From the IMG/VR virus record IMGVR_UViG_3300008262_000013: a stretch of DNA of 64,000 nt; one strand, given 5' to 3'. Source of the DNA: a virus (taxonomy: Duplodnaviria > Caudoviricetes). Positions 40,484 through 49,928 of this stretch are shown one piece after another. The first letter of the stretch is position 1. Every line of letters begins with the position of its first letter. The position numbers and the translations under genes were made by a program. The notes beneath the pieces are model-generated. The model ran no database searches and was not told the origin of the DNA. It saw nothing but the letters and a program-made list of their open reading frames with translations.

Positions 40484-41163
40484 ACATTGATTTATCTATT
40501 TTAATACTTACGCATAATAGGCCTAAACTTTTTGAAAGAAGTTTAAATTCAATTTTATCATATTTAACTCCAAAAATAGAAGTAATTGTAAATAATGATA
40601 GTTCTGATATAAAAGAAATTGAAAATACTAATGTAAATTATTATTATGAAAAATTTAATAATATATCAAGTGTATATGAATTTTTATTTCTTAAGTCTAA
40701 AGGAAAATATATTTATTTTTTGGAAGATGATGACTATTTGAGGAAGCAATTTTTCGAACAAAGTTTTGATGCTGATATTATAGCTGGAAATTATTGTCCT
40801 ACCTATAAGCCAGATAATACTTTTGAAATAATAAATTTGTTTAAAGATGAAGTTATACACGATAAATGTGAATTTTTAAATAAATTAAACTTAGAACATT
40901 TACAATTAGGACAATTTATATTTAAAAGAAGTGTAATTGAAGATTTTTATTTTGGAATAGATAACAATATTCATAATGATATTAGACTGGTCTATCACGC
41001 TTCACAAAAGTCGAAGAAATTTAGAATGACCAATAAAGTATTTTACTACCAAACAAAAGATGGTAATGATAATATTTCTTTTCCTGGAACAAAAAAAAGT
41101 ATAAACGTAACGGCATCTTTGGACTTTTTAAAAAATTATGAAATACAAAATACAACATCATAA
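40477..41163 (+). CDS. Glycosyltransferase family 2
   Basis: SILILTHNRP, IVNND, KGKYIYFLEDDD. Confidence 0.85.
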   Translation: MVNIDLSILILTHNRPKLFERSLNSILSYLTPKIEVIVNNDSSDIKEIENTNVNYYYEKFNNISSVYEFLFLKSKGKYIYFLEDDDYLRKQFFEQSFDADIIAGNYCPTYKPDNTFEIINLFKDEVIHDKCEFLNKLNLEHLQLGQFIFKRSVIEDFYFGIDNNIHNDIRLVYHASQKSKKFRMTNKVFYYQTKDGNDNISFPGTKKSINVTASLDFLKNYEIQNTTS

Positions 41164-42040
41164 AGATCAAGATCCGGATCATATTAATATTCATTGGGAT
41201 AGTCTTACTATTTGTCAACTCAAGTGTTCTTATTGTTACGCTAGAAATGAGTATGGTAAAGAATGGGGTAAACTATCTAGTAAAAAAACAATTGATGCTG
41301 TATTGGATGCTTTAAATCGAAGTAGTTTGAATTTTAATTTGGGTTTGTTGGGTGGCGAACCAACTTTAGGTCCTTATTATTACCATATTTTAGACTCAAT
41401 CAGTAAAATGGAGAAATTTAATTGGGTTTATGTTGTAACAAATGCTGAAAAGGATTTGACACTTCACCCACATTATGATAAACTGGCTTTCCTATTCAGT
41501 TACCACCCGGCCGATTGTACGGATGAAAATAGATTTCTCAATAATATACATCATATGCTGGGTAGAGGTTATAAATGTAAAGTGAATGTTATGCTTCACC
41601 ATGATAAAAGTTTATGGCCAAAAATAAAAAATATGTTTGAAACTTTGGAAAAAATACCCAATTTAAAAATACATCCACACTTTTTATATGGTAATAGTAT
41701 CACTAAATTGTTTAACTATAGAAAAGATTTTTGGGAATATTTTTCTTTTTTAGAGTCGTATGAAAAAGAATTAAAATATGATGATGATTTTTTTAATGAT
41801 TATATTATATTTAGGGATAAATTAACCAATTTTAAAGGATGGAATTGTTACAACAATAATTATGAAATTGACGTTAGAGGTAACGTTGTTAAATTTTGTA
41901 TGCCAAAAACTGATAATATTAATCTCATAAGCAATAGAGATTTTTTTAAAAATATAACCAAAACTGTTCCTATGGTTTGTCCACATAAAGCTTGCAATTG
42001 TGATGGTCTTTTAAAACAATTAAAAATTAAAAATGAGTAA
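41138..42040 (+). CDS. Radical SAM enzyme with twitch-like C-terminus
   Basis: CQLKCSYC, LLGGEPTL, FSYHP; GWNC...KFC...CPHKACNCDG. Confidence 0.9.
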   Translation: MKYKIQHHKDQDPDHINIHWDSLTICQLKCSYCYARNEYGKEWGKLSSKKTIDAVLDALNRSSLNFNLGLLGGEPTLGPYYYHILDSISKMEKFNWVYVVTNAEKDLTLHPHYDKLAFLFSYHPADCTDENRFLNNIHHMLGRGYKCKVNVMLHHDKSLWPKIKNMFETLEKIPNLKIHPHFLYGNSITKLFNYRKDFWEYFSFLESYEKELKYDDDFFNDYIIFRDKLTNFKGWNCYNNNYEIDVRGNVVKFCMPKTDNINLISNRDFFKNITKTVPMVCPHKACNCDGLLKQLKIKNE

Positions 42041-42791
42041 GATTGTTGAATGGGAAATTACACTTAAATGTAATTATAAATGTGAGTATTGTACAAATTT
42101 GGATCCTAGTATGCGACCAGAATTGACTGAAGAAAAAATAAAAGATTTTATAAAAAAATTAGGTGAGACATATCCCGGTGTAGAAATATTTATTTTTGGA
42201 GGGGAACCATTTGTTCATCCAAAAATAAATTTTATAATAAAAACATTTAATGAATATAATATTCCATTTGTTATACAGACGAACTTCAGTAGTTATAGTA
42301 GAAAAACAATTCAAAAAATAAAAGATCCATTTAAAATTAATATAAGTGTTCATCCTACAGAAACGTCTATAGAAGATATAGTTCAGGGATTAAAAGATAC
42401 TAAAGTTAATATTAAAACTATAGATGTGATGTACACCGGTAAAGAAGCTATAGATTATTATTTTGCAGTAAAAAAATCTTTAGACCACGACAATTTATTT
42501 TTAACTCCAGTAACAGACTTTGGTGATGGTCATAGTGATACTTTACTCGCACAATATCTTTCTTTAAAAAACAATTTAATGTATCGAAAAATAATTAAAT
42601 TTGAAGATATTGAAAGACTAGGTAAACAACGAAGTGATCTTTGGATAGATTCTAATTTTAACACTTTTGGAAAACCTTGTTTATATAAAGATAAATACTT
42701 CCTCTACTCACCCAACTTAGATTTGTATAACTGTTGTTATAGAATCAAAGTCAACAAATTGTGCCCGAAAACAAAATGTTTTCTAATGTAA
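42033..42791 (+). CDS. Radical SAM enzyme (short)
   Basis: WEITLKCNYKCEYC, IFGGEPFVHP, QTN, SVHP; C-terminal CC...CPKTKC. Confidence 0.9.
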   Translation: MSKIVEWEITLKCNYKCEYCTNLDPSMRPELTEEKIKDFIKKLGETYPGVEIFIFGGEPFVHPKINFIIKTFNEYNIPFVIQTNFSSYSRKTIQKIKDPFKINISVHPTETSIEDIVQGLKDTKVNIKTIDVMYTGKEAIDYYFAVKKSLDHDNLFLTPVTDFGDGHSDTLLAQYLSLKNNLMYRKIIKFEDIERLGKQRSDLWIDSNFNTFGKPCLYKDKYFLYSPNLDLYNCCYRIKVNKLCPKTKCFLM

Positions 42792-42792
42792 T

Positions 42793-43626
42793 ATGAGATA
42801 TCTTTTAGCCGGAGCTTTTAGTAAGTTTGTTCCCTTAATAAAATTTTTAAGTCAAAACATAGTCGATTCTAAAGAGTTGGTGGTTTATGACGGCATTAAT
42901 AAATGTAAATGGAATGGAGGTAGAATAAACAGGGATGTTTATTATAAAGATAATTTGATAGAATATTATTATAGTAAGAATATCAAGATTGCTTTAACAT
43001 TTAGTAATCATAATATTGATTTGACTGACGAATTGGGAAATCATTTACTGGAGAAATTTCACAAAAAAGGAAATGCTTTAATTATTGTGAATGATGACTT
43101 GAGAAAATATGTTAGAGAAAAATTTCCATTATACGATTTAATTTACAGTATTACTGGAATGGGACTATTAAACATACCTTTACAAGATAAAGATATAGAA
43201 TTTTATAAAAAATTGGAAGAAAATTATGATTGGATCGTTCCTAGGTTTGAACACATATTTGATCCTAGGTCTAACGAACTGGACAAAACAAAGTGGGAAG
43301 TAATGCTGAATGATACTTGTGTTTATGGATGTAAACATTGGGATGCACACTTCAAGGCAATTGCAGATGAAAATACCGCCGGTAGACCGTATAGTAAGGA
43401 AGTGGAAGAATGTTGGCTTCCTAAGTTTGATTTCAACAAAGATAGTAAATATGAATGTATGGATATAAAACCATTAGCGATGGAAAAATTAATAAAAGAT
43501 GGAGTTAGGAGTTTTAAAATTACTGGTAGAGAAATGAAAGATGATGAATACTATGGAGAATTAATGAGATTCGTTTTAAATAGCAAATCTGTTAATATTG
43601 TAAAATGGCCAACTGGGAAAAAATAA
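42793..43626 (+). CDS. U32-family (Fe-S) protein
   Basis: WNGGR, EVMLNDTCVYGCKHWDAH, EC, GVRSFKITGR (cf. U32 GVxSLKIEGR). Confidence 0.7.
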   Translation: MRYLLAGAFSKFVPLIKFLSQNIVDSKELVVYDGINKCKWNGGRINRDVYYKDNLIEYYYSKNIKIALTFSNHNIDLTDELGNHLLEKFHKKGNALIIVNDDLRKYVREKFPLYDLIYSITGMGLLNIPLQDKDIEFYKKLEENYDWIVPRFEHIFDPRSNELDKTKWEVMLNDTCVYGCKHWDAHFKAIADENTAGRPYSKEVEECWLPKFDFNKDSKYECMDIKPLAMEKLIKDGVRSFKITGREMKDDEYYGELMRFVLNSKSVNIVKWPTGKK

Positions 43627-44678
43627 AAGTAGTTAGAAAAAAAGAGGACATGCAAGTTGGGCAAATAAAGCCTAAATGTTCTTACAAGGTTTTACAATTA
43701 AACAACAGTTCAATAATGGAGTCTAAGTATGTCGTTACATTTAGAATTACTGAAGCGTGCGACCTCAAATGTAATTATTGTCACTGGCATAGTGGTAAAC
43801 ATTACAAATACGAAGATATTATAAAAACGATTGATAAGATATTTGAATTCTTACAAAAAAATAAATTAAAGTCTGTTCTGTTTTACTATCATGGTGGAGA
43901 ACCAACAACACATCCTAAGATAGTTGATATTCTGAAGTATATTCATGATAAGGGAAAACAAACAAATATTATTGCGTCTAATGAGATGCAAACCAATTTG
44001 ACTTTAAAAGAATCAAAGTTAAAAGAAATACTACCATATTGTGACCTTTTTAATGTAAGCTTTCATTACTTGGAATTAAAAAGATTAAAAAAATTTAATA
44101 ATTTTAATCACAATTGGAATCTTTTAAAAGAAATGAATGTGGAGATTCATAATTTAGATATCATGTTGGAGAATGTGGAGAGAACTCATTTATTTTATAA
44201 TGGAGAAATTATTGAAATATATCCAGATGAGTTCTATAGTAGTATTGTAGATTATCTGAAATATGATAAAATTGTTAATAGTGAAATGATATATGGATTT
44301 TGTCACTACAAATACCCTCCAGAAATCGAAGCTAAACATATGGAGTTTTATAAAAAATATAATAAAACAGAACAGAAATATCTTATAGATGATGTTGAGT
44401 ATACCACGAATGATTTATTTAAATTCGGTATAGATGCTAGAGGTTGGCATTGTGCAGCCGGTAATGAAAGTATAACAATTAATGGTGATGGTAATGTTTT
44501 TAATTGTGGTATTCATATGACAAACTACATACGAGAAAGTTCTCCAGAAAAAGCATATACAAATTTAGTACATGATGAAATTGGGGTAACAAAATTAACT
44601 TTATTATATAAAACTGGCACAATATGCCGTTGGGATTATTGTGGCGGCGATTTTTACTTAAGTAGAAAACCCAAATGA
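43605..44678 (+). CDS. Radical SAM enzyme with twitch-like C-terminus
   Basis: CDLKCNYC, YHGGEPTTHP, VSFH; GWHCAAG...GNVFNC...ICRWDYCGGD. Confidence 0.9.
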   Translation: MANWEKIKVVRKKEDMQVGQIKPKCSYKVLQLNNSSIMESKYVVTFRITEACDLKCNYCHWHSGKHYKYEDIIKTIDKIFEFLQKNKLKSVLFYYHGGEPTTHPKIVDILKYIHDKGKQTNIIASNEMQTNLTLKESKLKEILPYCDLFNVSFHYLELKRLKKFNNFNHNWNLLKEMNVEIHNLDIMLENVERTHLFYNGEIIEIYPDEFYSSIVDYLKYDKIVNSEMIYGFCHYKYPPEIEAKHMEFYKKYNKTEQKYLIDDVEYTTNDLFKFGIDARGWHCAAGNESITINGDGNVFNCGIHMTNYIRESSPEKAYTNLVHDEIGVTKLTLLYKTGTICRWDYCGGDFYLSRKPK

Positions 44679-44690
44679 GGATTGATAATT

Positions 44691-45293
44691 ATGTCAGAAA
44701 TAATTTCATTGTTTCCAATTAATGTTTTAGTTGAAAAAATAAATGTCGATTGGAATAAAGATAAAGTGATAGAACACATTGAGAACTATTTAAAAAAACA
44801 ATGTAAAACTGGAGAAGTAGGAGAAGATTTACACAAACAAGAAGTATTCAGTCCAATAGTAAAATTTATGAATGATAGTGTAAACAACTATTGGAAATTA
44901 TTAAATTATTCCAATCATTTTCCAATTGAAATGACAAGTATGTGGGCTAATAGACATGATAGACATCATGATAGACCACATGATTTGGATGTTGATGGAC
45001 CTGCAATTATATCAGCTGTTTTTTATGTTCAAAAAGAAAGTTCTCAAATGGGAAATTTATATTTTGGAAATCCCATTGAATTAATTTGGCAAACACAACC
45101 ACTATCCGAATCGAGGCGCCATGAAAATAGATATTTTGAATTTGATGGTAGAACTGGTGATTTAATTTTTTTCCCTAGTTGGTTACAACACGGCATAAGG
45201 CAAAATAAAACCGATATACCTAGATATTCTATAGCTGCAAACTTTGAATTGAGAGGTATTAAAATGATTAAACAATTGTCTAAGAAAAAATGA
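44691..45293 (+). CDS. 2OG-Fe(II) oxygenase (TIGR02466-like)
   Basis: MWAN..., ISAVFYV, GDLIFFPSWLQHG, RYSIAAN. Confidence 0.82.
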   Translation: MSEIISLFPINVLVEKINVDWNKDKVIEHIENYLKKQCKTGEVGEDLHKQEVFSPIVKFMNDSVNNYWKLLNYSNHFPIEMTSMWANRHDRHHDRPHDLDVDGPAIISAVFYVQKESSQMGNLYFGNPIELIWQTQPLSESRRHENRYFEFDGRTGDLIFFPSWLQHGIRQNKTDIPRYSIAANFELRGIKMIKQLSKKK

Positions 45294-45871
45294 AAGTGTC
45301 TTTGACAGGTTGGAACGGTTTTCTTTCTAAAAAATTGAGAGAAAGAACAGAAATAAAATGGCAAGAAGATGTGAATGGTAGTGATATACTTTTTCTTATG
45401 GGCAGTCCTACGTTTACGGGTTCTACTTTGGATAAAAACGATTCTCAAGTTATGCACAATTATGTAAAAAATACAATTAATAAAATAGACTCCTATTCAA
45501 ACCCTATTATTTTTGCTAGTACCACTGGTGTGAATGATATTGATTTAAATCATTCGGGAACAACTTGTTATAATTTGTGTAAACTTTACATTGAAAATTA
45601 TATAATGAATAAATGTGAAAATTGGATGATATTACGTATTGGCACTATTATATCCGATAATAAGTATGATATTGATAAAATGCGTTTCGATAGAATACAA
45701 CAGAGAATGCTCAAAAATGATTTTACAAACATAGAGTTTGAAGATAATTATCTATTTGTAGATGAATTTGTAAATACTACAATTAATAATATTTTAAACT
45801 TTAATATTGGTATAGTTCATTATAAACTAACAAAAATGACTTTACCAAAATTAATGCTTTTAGGAAAGTAA
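45290..45871 (+). CDS. NAD-dependent epimerase/dehydratase-like (short SDR)
   Basis: KVSLTGWNGFLS, IIFAST, YNLCK (YxxxK), ILRIG. Confidence 0.75.
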   Translation: MKVSLTGWNGFLSKKLRERTEIKWQEDVNGSDILFLMGSPTFTGSTLDKNDSQVMHNYVKNTINKIDSYSNPIIFASTTGVNDIDLNHSGTTCYNLCKLYIENYIMNKCENWMILRIGTIISDNKYDIDKMRFDRIQQRMLKNDFTNIEFEDNYLFVDEFVNTTINNILNFNIGIVHYKLTKMTLPKLMLLGK

Positions 45872-45872
45872 A

Positions 45873-46733
45873 ATGATTACAGTAAAGGTCGGAGGAGCTG
45901 TACAAAAATATAAAAACATATTGATGTTTAATGTTAAAAATAGGTCTTTAATTGATGGTCTACAAATGATTTATTATGATATGCCTAATAGTTGTATTTG
46001 GAATGGCGGCAGAATTAATAGAAATATAGAATTAACTCAAAATATAATAGATACTTACAATCAACAAAAATTTGGATTAGATTTAGGTTTTACCAATCAA
46101 GTCATAATTGATGTTGGAGATGAAGTTGGAAATTATTTGTTGGAAATGGTTTATTCGAATAATCCAAATAAATTGCATGGTGTTATTTTAGTAAGTGAAA
46201 CATTAAGAAGATATTTACGTAAAAATTTTCCAGAATTTAAATTAACTTATAGTATCACTGGTCATCCGACTACCGATCAATTAAATTTTGAGGGATATTA
46301 TAAAGAACTTGAAGAAAAATATGATATAATTGTACCAAAATATAGTCATTTAGATAATATATTACCTCTAATGTATGAAAATAAGTTAGACGCATCCAAA
46401 TATGAAATACTGGTTAATGACAACTGTAATGTCACTTGCCAATTTTACTCCGAACATTTTGCACAAATATCACATTTAAATTCTATTATAGAATTTCCTT
46501 GGGAAAAACAACACGAACTTAGTTATCAAGTCGAAATAAAACCTAAACTAAAATCTGGTCCAATTAAAAAAGAACCGAATTGTATTCAAGGTGATCTTCT
46601 GGTCAATAATTTACAAAGATTTTATGATGCTGGAGTAAGAAACTTTAAAATTAGTGGTAGAGATTTAGAAGATATTGATTTCGAACATCAATTACCAAAA
46701 CATTTAAGAGAAATAAAATCTATACATGTATAA
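45873..46733 (+). CDS. U32-family (Fe-S) protein, paralog of 42793-43626
   Basis: WNGGR, YSIT, EILVNDNCNVTCQFYSEH, NC, GVRNFKISGR. Confidence 0.7.
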   Translation: MITVKVGGAVQKYKNILMFNVKNRSLIDGLQMIYYDMPNSCIWNGGRINRNIELTQNIIDTYNQQKFGLDLGFTNQVIIDVGDEVGNYLLEMVYSNNPNKLHGVILVSETLRRYLRKNFPEFKLTYSITGHPTTDQLNFEGYYKELEEKYDIIVPKYSHLDNILPLMYENKLDASKYEILVNDNCNVTCQFYSEHFAQISHLNSIIEFPWEKQHELSYQVEIKPKLKSGPIKKEPNCIQGDLLVNNLQRFYDAGVRNFKISGRDLEDIDFEHQLPKHLREIKSIHV

Positions 46734-47526
46734 CTATGCGATAGTGTTTTCGGTTGAAAATAAAAAAAAATTAAATTACGAAAAATTGTCTATAATACTT
46801 TCAACTAGCATCAGAGAACATTTACCTGATATTGATGTGTACTGTGGTTGTTTTACAAGTAATACTATTAGTGACGAAACAAAAAAACATTTAAAAAAAT
46901 TAAATGTAAATATTCAAGAAATTGATATTTTTAACGAGAGAGATGGTGATGACTCTTTTTATTTAAGATTGTATACAAAATATTTTTTTTCCAAAACTTT
47001 ATTAAATTCTTATGATTATCTAGTTTACGTTGATGTTGACACTTTATTTTTAAAACCGTTAAACTTTGATTTTGATCCTTTAGATAATATTGTACTAGTA
47101 GAAACAATACCCAATTGGGTTAAAAAACATGAGTCGAAGAATACTTATGTTCCAGAGGGAAATTTGTATTATAATTGGATACAGATATTAAACCATAAAA
47201 ACAAATTTCTATATGATATAGATTTTTCCGATATAAGTTTTTTAGAAAGTAAAATGGCTGATAGTTTTATATCCAAAAGAATAGACAATTCTGGATTAAA
47301 ATTAATTGAACAGAATATAGGAGCCAACCACTGTTTAAAGCCTATAACAGAAAAAACACAAATAATACACTACGATGATTTGGATTATGATGGTTGTTTT
47401 ATTGATTTGGAAGATTTATATCCAGAAACTTACAAAAAATATAAATTATTAATAGAACAAATTTTAAATTTGAAAATAACCAATATTAAAGATTATTATA
47501 AAAATATAAGAGATTTATATTCATGA
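46726..47526 (+). CDS. Glycosyltransferase GT-A fold (GT8-like)
   Basis: ILSTSIREH, YDYLVYVDVDTLFL (DxD), IIHY. Confidence 0.7.
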   Translation: MYNYAIVFSVENKKKLNYEKLSIILSTSIREHLPDIDVYCGCFTSNTISDETKKHLKKLNVNIQEIDIFNERDGDDSFYLRLYTKYFFSKTLLNSYDYLVYVDVDTLFLKPLNFDFDPLDNIVLVETIPNWVKKHESKNTYVPEGNLYYNWIQILNHKNKFLYDIDFSDISFLESKMADSFISKRIDNSGLKLIEQNIGANHCLKPITEKTQIIHYDDLDYDGCFIDLEDLYPETYKKYKLLIEQILNLKITNIKDYYKNIRDLYS

Positions 47527-48206
47527 AAAAAGAAATTTTAGAATATTCTTTTGAAAAAGATGTTGCTCATATACCTTCAGCTTTATCAATGTCGGACTAT
47601 ATTGAGGAGTTGTTTAGTGAAAAATTAGTAACACCTGACGATAAAATAATAATAGGAAAACCTTTTGGAGCTCAAGCCTATTATATAATATGGAAAAAAA
47701 TGGGATATTTGGATGATATACATAAATTAAGTCCTGTTTTAAAAATGAGTGAAGTTGATTTTGTAGATTTTTCTGAAGAAACTATGGGAGATTCATTGGG
47801 TATAGCAGCAGGCATAGCTCTAACTACAGAAAAATTAGTTTGGGTAAATCTATCTGATGCAACTTTACAAATGGGACCAACACTTGAAGCAATACAGTTT
47901 ATAGGACAAAATTGTTTAAAGAATGTTTTAGTAACAGTTGATTATAATGGAACTCAAGTAACGGGGTATACAAAAGATATAATTAATACTGATCCTATCG
48001 TAGACATGTTTAGAGGATATAATTGGGAAGTATTTCATGATTTGAACAATTTTAGTATTGGTAAAAAGCCTAAAGTTTTTATTATGAAAACAATTAAAGG
48101 TAATGGAATACCAAGCATGGAAAAGGATATAAAAAAATGGCATTACAGGAAAATACAATCACAAGAAGAATTACAGTCGTTGGTGCAGGAACTTCAGGTT
48201 ATTTAA
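47523..48206 (+). CDS. Transketolase N-terminal (TPP-binding) subunit
   Basis: AHIPSALS, GDSLGIAAG, SDATLQMG (GDG-like), VDYNG.Q, TIKGNG, WHY. Confidence 0.85.
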   Translation: MKKEILEYSFEKDVAHIPSALSMSDYIEELFSEKLVTPDDKIIIGKPFGAQAYYIIWKKMGYLDDIHKLSPVLKMSEVDFVDFSEETMGDSLGIAAGIALTTEKLVWVNLSDATLQMGPTLEAIQFIGQNCLKNVLVTVDYNGTQVTGYTKDIINTDPIVDMFRGYNWEVFHDLNNFSIGKKPKVFIMKTIKGNGIPSMEKDIKKWHYRKIQSQEELQSLVQELQVI

Positions 48207-49480
48207 CTGTTTTATATTTTTGCAAAAAATATCCTGATATGCAGGTGACATGGATTTATCCAGAAGTCAACCAGCCCATAGGTGTTGGTGAAGCAACAGT
48301 ACCACAAGTTCAAAGATTTTTAGCTGAGTTGGGAGTATCTGTTCAAGATATGATATTACATTGTAATGCAAATTTAAAAATTGGAGCAATGTTTGAAAAT
48401 TGGTCACCAACACAAAAATCTTTTTTTCATCCATTTGGATCCACAGATGAAAATTGTTTGGATTTGGAGTGGTACTTAAAAAATAATCAAATTCCACCAA
48501 ATATTTTAGAAGCTTATCCCGAAACATTAGAATATATGTTGGAGAATGATGATTTTCCAGATTTTGCAACAAATTTTGATGTAAGAGAATTGTGTAAGTA
48601 CTTGGATAAAATTTTTGAAAATTTTAAAAATTTAAAAGTAATACGTAAAACTATAACAGATGTTGATGAAATTGAAGATGATCACATCATAGATGCCACA
48701 GGATTCTCCAAAACATTAATCAATAAAACTGATAAAGAAAATTTCAAAAGTATTAAACACATTATACCTAATAATAAAGCTTTTGTTTATCGAGCTGAAT
48801 ATTCCGATAAAGAGAATCAACAACAACCTTATACAACAATTACCGCGGTGACGCATGGTTGGATATGGACTATACCATTGAAAGATGTTATAACATTTGG
48901 TCACGTACATGATGATCGTTACGACACTAAACAAGAATACATAAATTTTGTGGAGTCTAGACTTGGTTACAAAATAGACGAATCTAAAATTGTTGAAGTT
49001 AAAATGATTACTGGTAGGAATATAAAACATTTTAGAAAACAAGGAAACAAGTCGATTTATTCAATTGGTTTAAGTTCTTATTTTATTGAACCTATAGAAG
49101 CTACAGGATTATATCTTGCAACTTATGGTATTAAATTATTAGATCGTCTGTTAAAAAATGAAATAACCGTGGATGAGTATAACAATGATTATAACAGAGA
49201 ATTTGATGCTGTTACAGACTTTATTACTACATATTATAAATTTTCAAAAAACTCTAATGAATATTGGGATCATTTTAAAAAATTAAATATAGAAACTCAT
49301 AGGAAAAATAATATTTTTCCGGCCAGAAGTTGGAATTTAATATTATCTGGAATGGGACAAGAAGAAAAAAAATACAAAATAAAAGCAGAACGTATAATAA
49401 AAATTAGAAAAAATAATGTAAAATATAGTGAATGGTTAAAAGAATTTCATGAGAAAAACTCTACATCAATATCTAAGTAA
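48137..49480 (+). CDS. Flavin-dependent (tryptophan-halogenase-family) enzyme
   Basis: VVGAGTSG, IGVGEAT, CNANLKIG (catalytic Lys position), GWIWTIP, FIEPIEATG. Confidence 0.9.
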   Translation: MALQENTITRRITVVGAGTSGYLTVLYFCKKYPDMQVTWIYPEVNQPIGVGEATVPQVQRFLAELGVSVQDMILHCNANLKIGAMFENWSPTQKSFFHPFGSTDENCLDLEWYLKNNQIPPNILEAYPETLEYMLENDDFPDFATNFDVRELCKYLDKIFENFKNLKVIRKTITDVDEIEDDHIIDATGFSKTLINKTDKENFKSIKHIIPNNKAFVYRAEYSDKENQQQPYTTITAVTHGWIWTIPLKDVITFGHVHDDRYDTKQEYINFVESRLGYKIDESKIVEVKMITGRNIKHFRKQGNKSIYSIGLSSYFIEPIEATGLYLATYGIKLLDRLLKNEITVDEYNNDYNREFDAVTDFITTYYKFSKNSNEYWDHFKKLNIETHRKNNIFPARSWNLILSGMGQEEKKYKIKAERIIKIRKNNVKYSEWLKEFHEKNSTSISK

Positions 49481-49928
49481 ATTAAAACATCCCGACATTT
49501 ATCTATTACATGGAGATATGTGGGGTTTCCCCACAAAAGGCAATGTAATTAATTGCGGTATACAAGAACCAAATATGGTTAATATTGCAGCTGGTCTTGC
49601 CAGTCAAGGTAAAAAAGTGATAGTATATGGTGTTGCTGGATTTGTAATTTATAGAGCTTACTCTCAAATCAAACTCAATATTAAAGATTGGGCAGAAAAT
49701 TTTGGTTCGATTATATTTGTAAATGCTGGTTATAATGGGTGTTATTCATACTGCGGTAGAGGACATCTCGTATATGATGATCATTTATTGATGAATGCTT
49801 TAGACATTCCGTTATATACTCCCGACGATTGTAGTGGTTTTATACGTACAGTAAAAGAAGGACTACAACAGAACGGAGTTCGTTTTATTCGATTGGGTTG
49901 GGATGGTGCACCATGGAAATTGCGGTAA
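49449..49928 (+). CDS. Transketolase pyrimidine-binding (C-terminal) subunit, short
   Basis: NCGIQEPNMVNIAAGLASQG, RAYSQI, GH...DD, FIRL. Confidence 0.85.
   Translation: MRKTLHQYLSKLKHPDIYLLHGDMWGFPTKGNVINCGIQEPNMVNIAAGLASQGKKVIVYGVAGFVIYRAYSQIKLNIKDWAENFGSIIFVNAGYNGCYSYCGRGHLVYDDHLLMNALDIPLYTPDDCSGFIRTVKEGLQQNGVRFIRLGWDGAPWKLR

Noticed and set aside
42793-46733. Calling the U32 proteins collagenases or precursor-cleaving proteases
   Set aside because: Characterised U32 members with conserved Cys are Fe-S hydroxylation factors; a protease role is not supported by the sequence.
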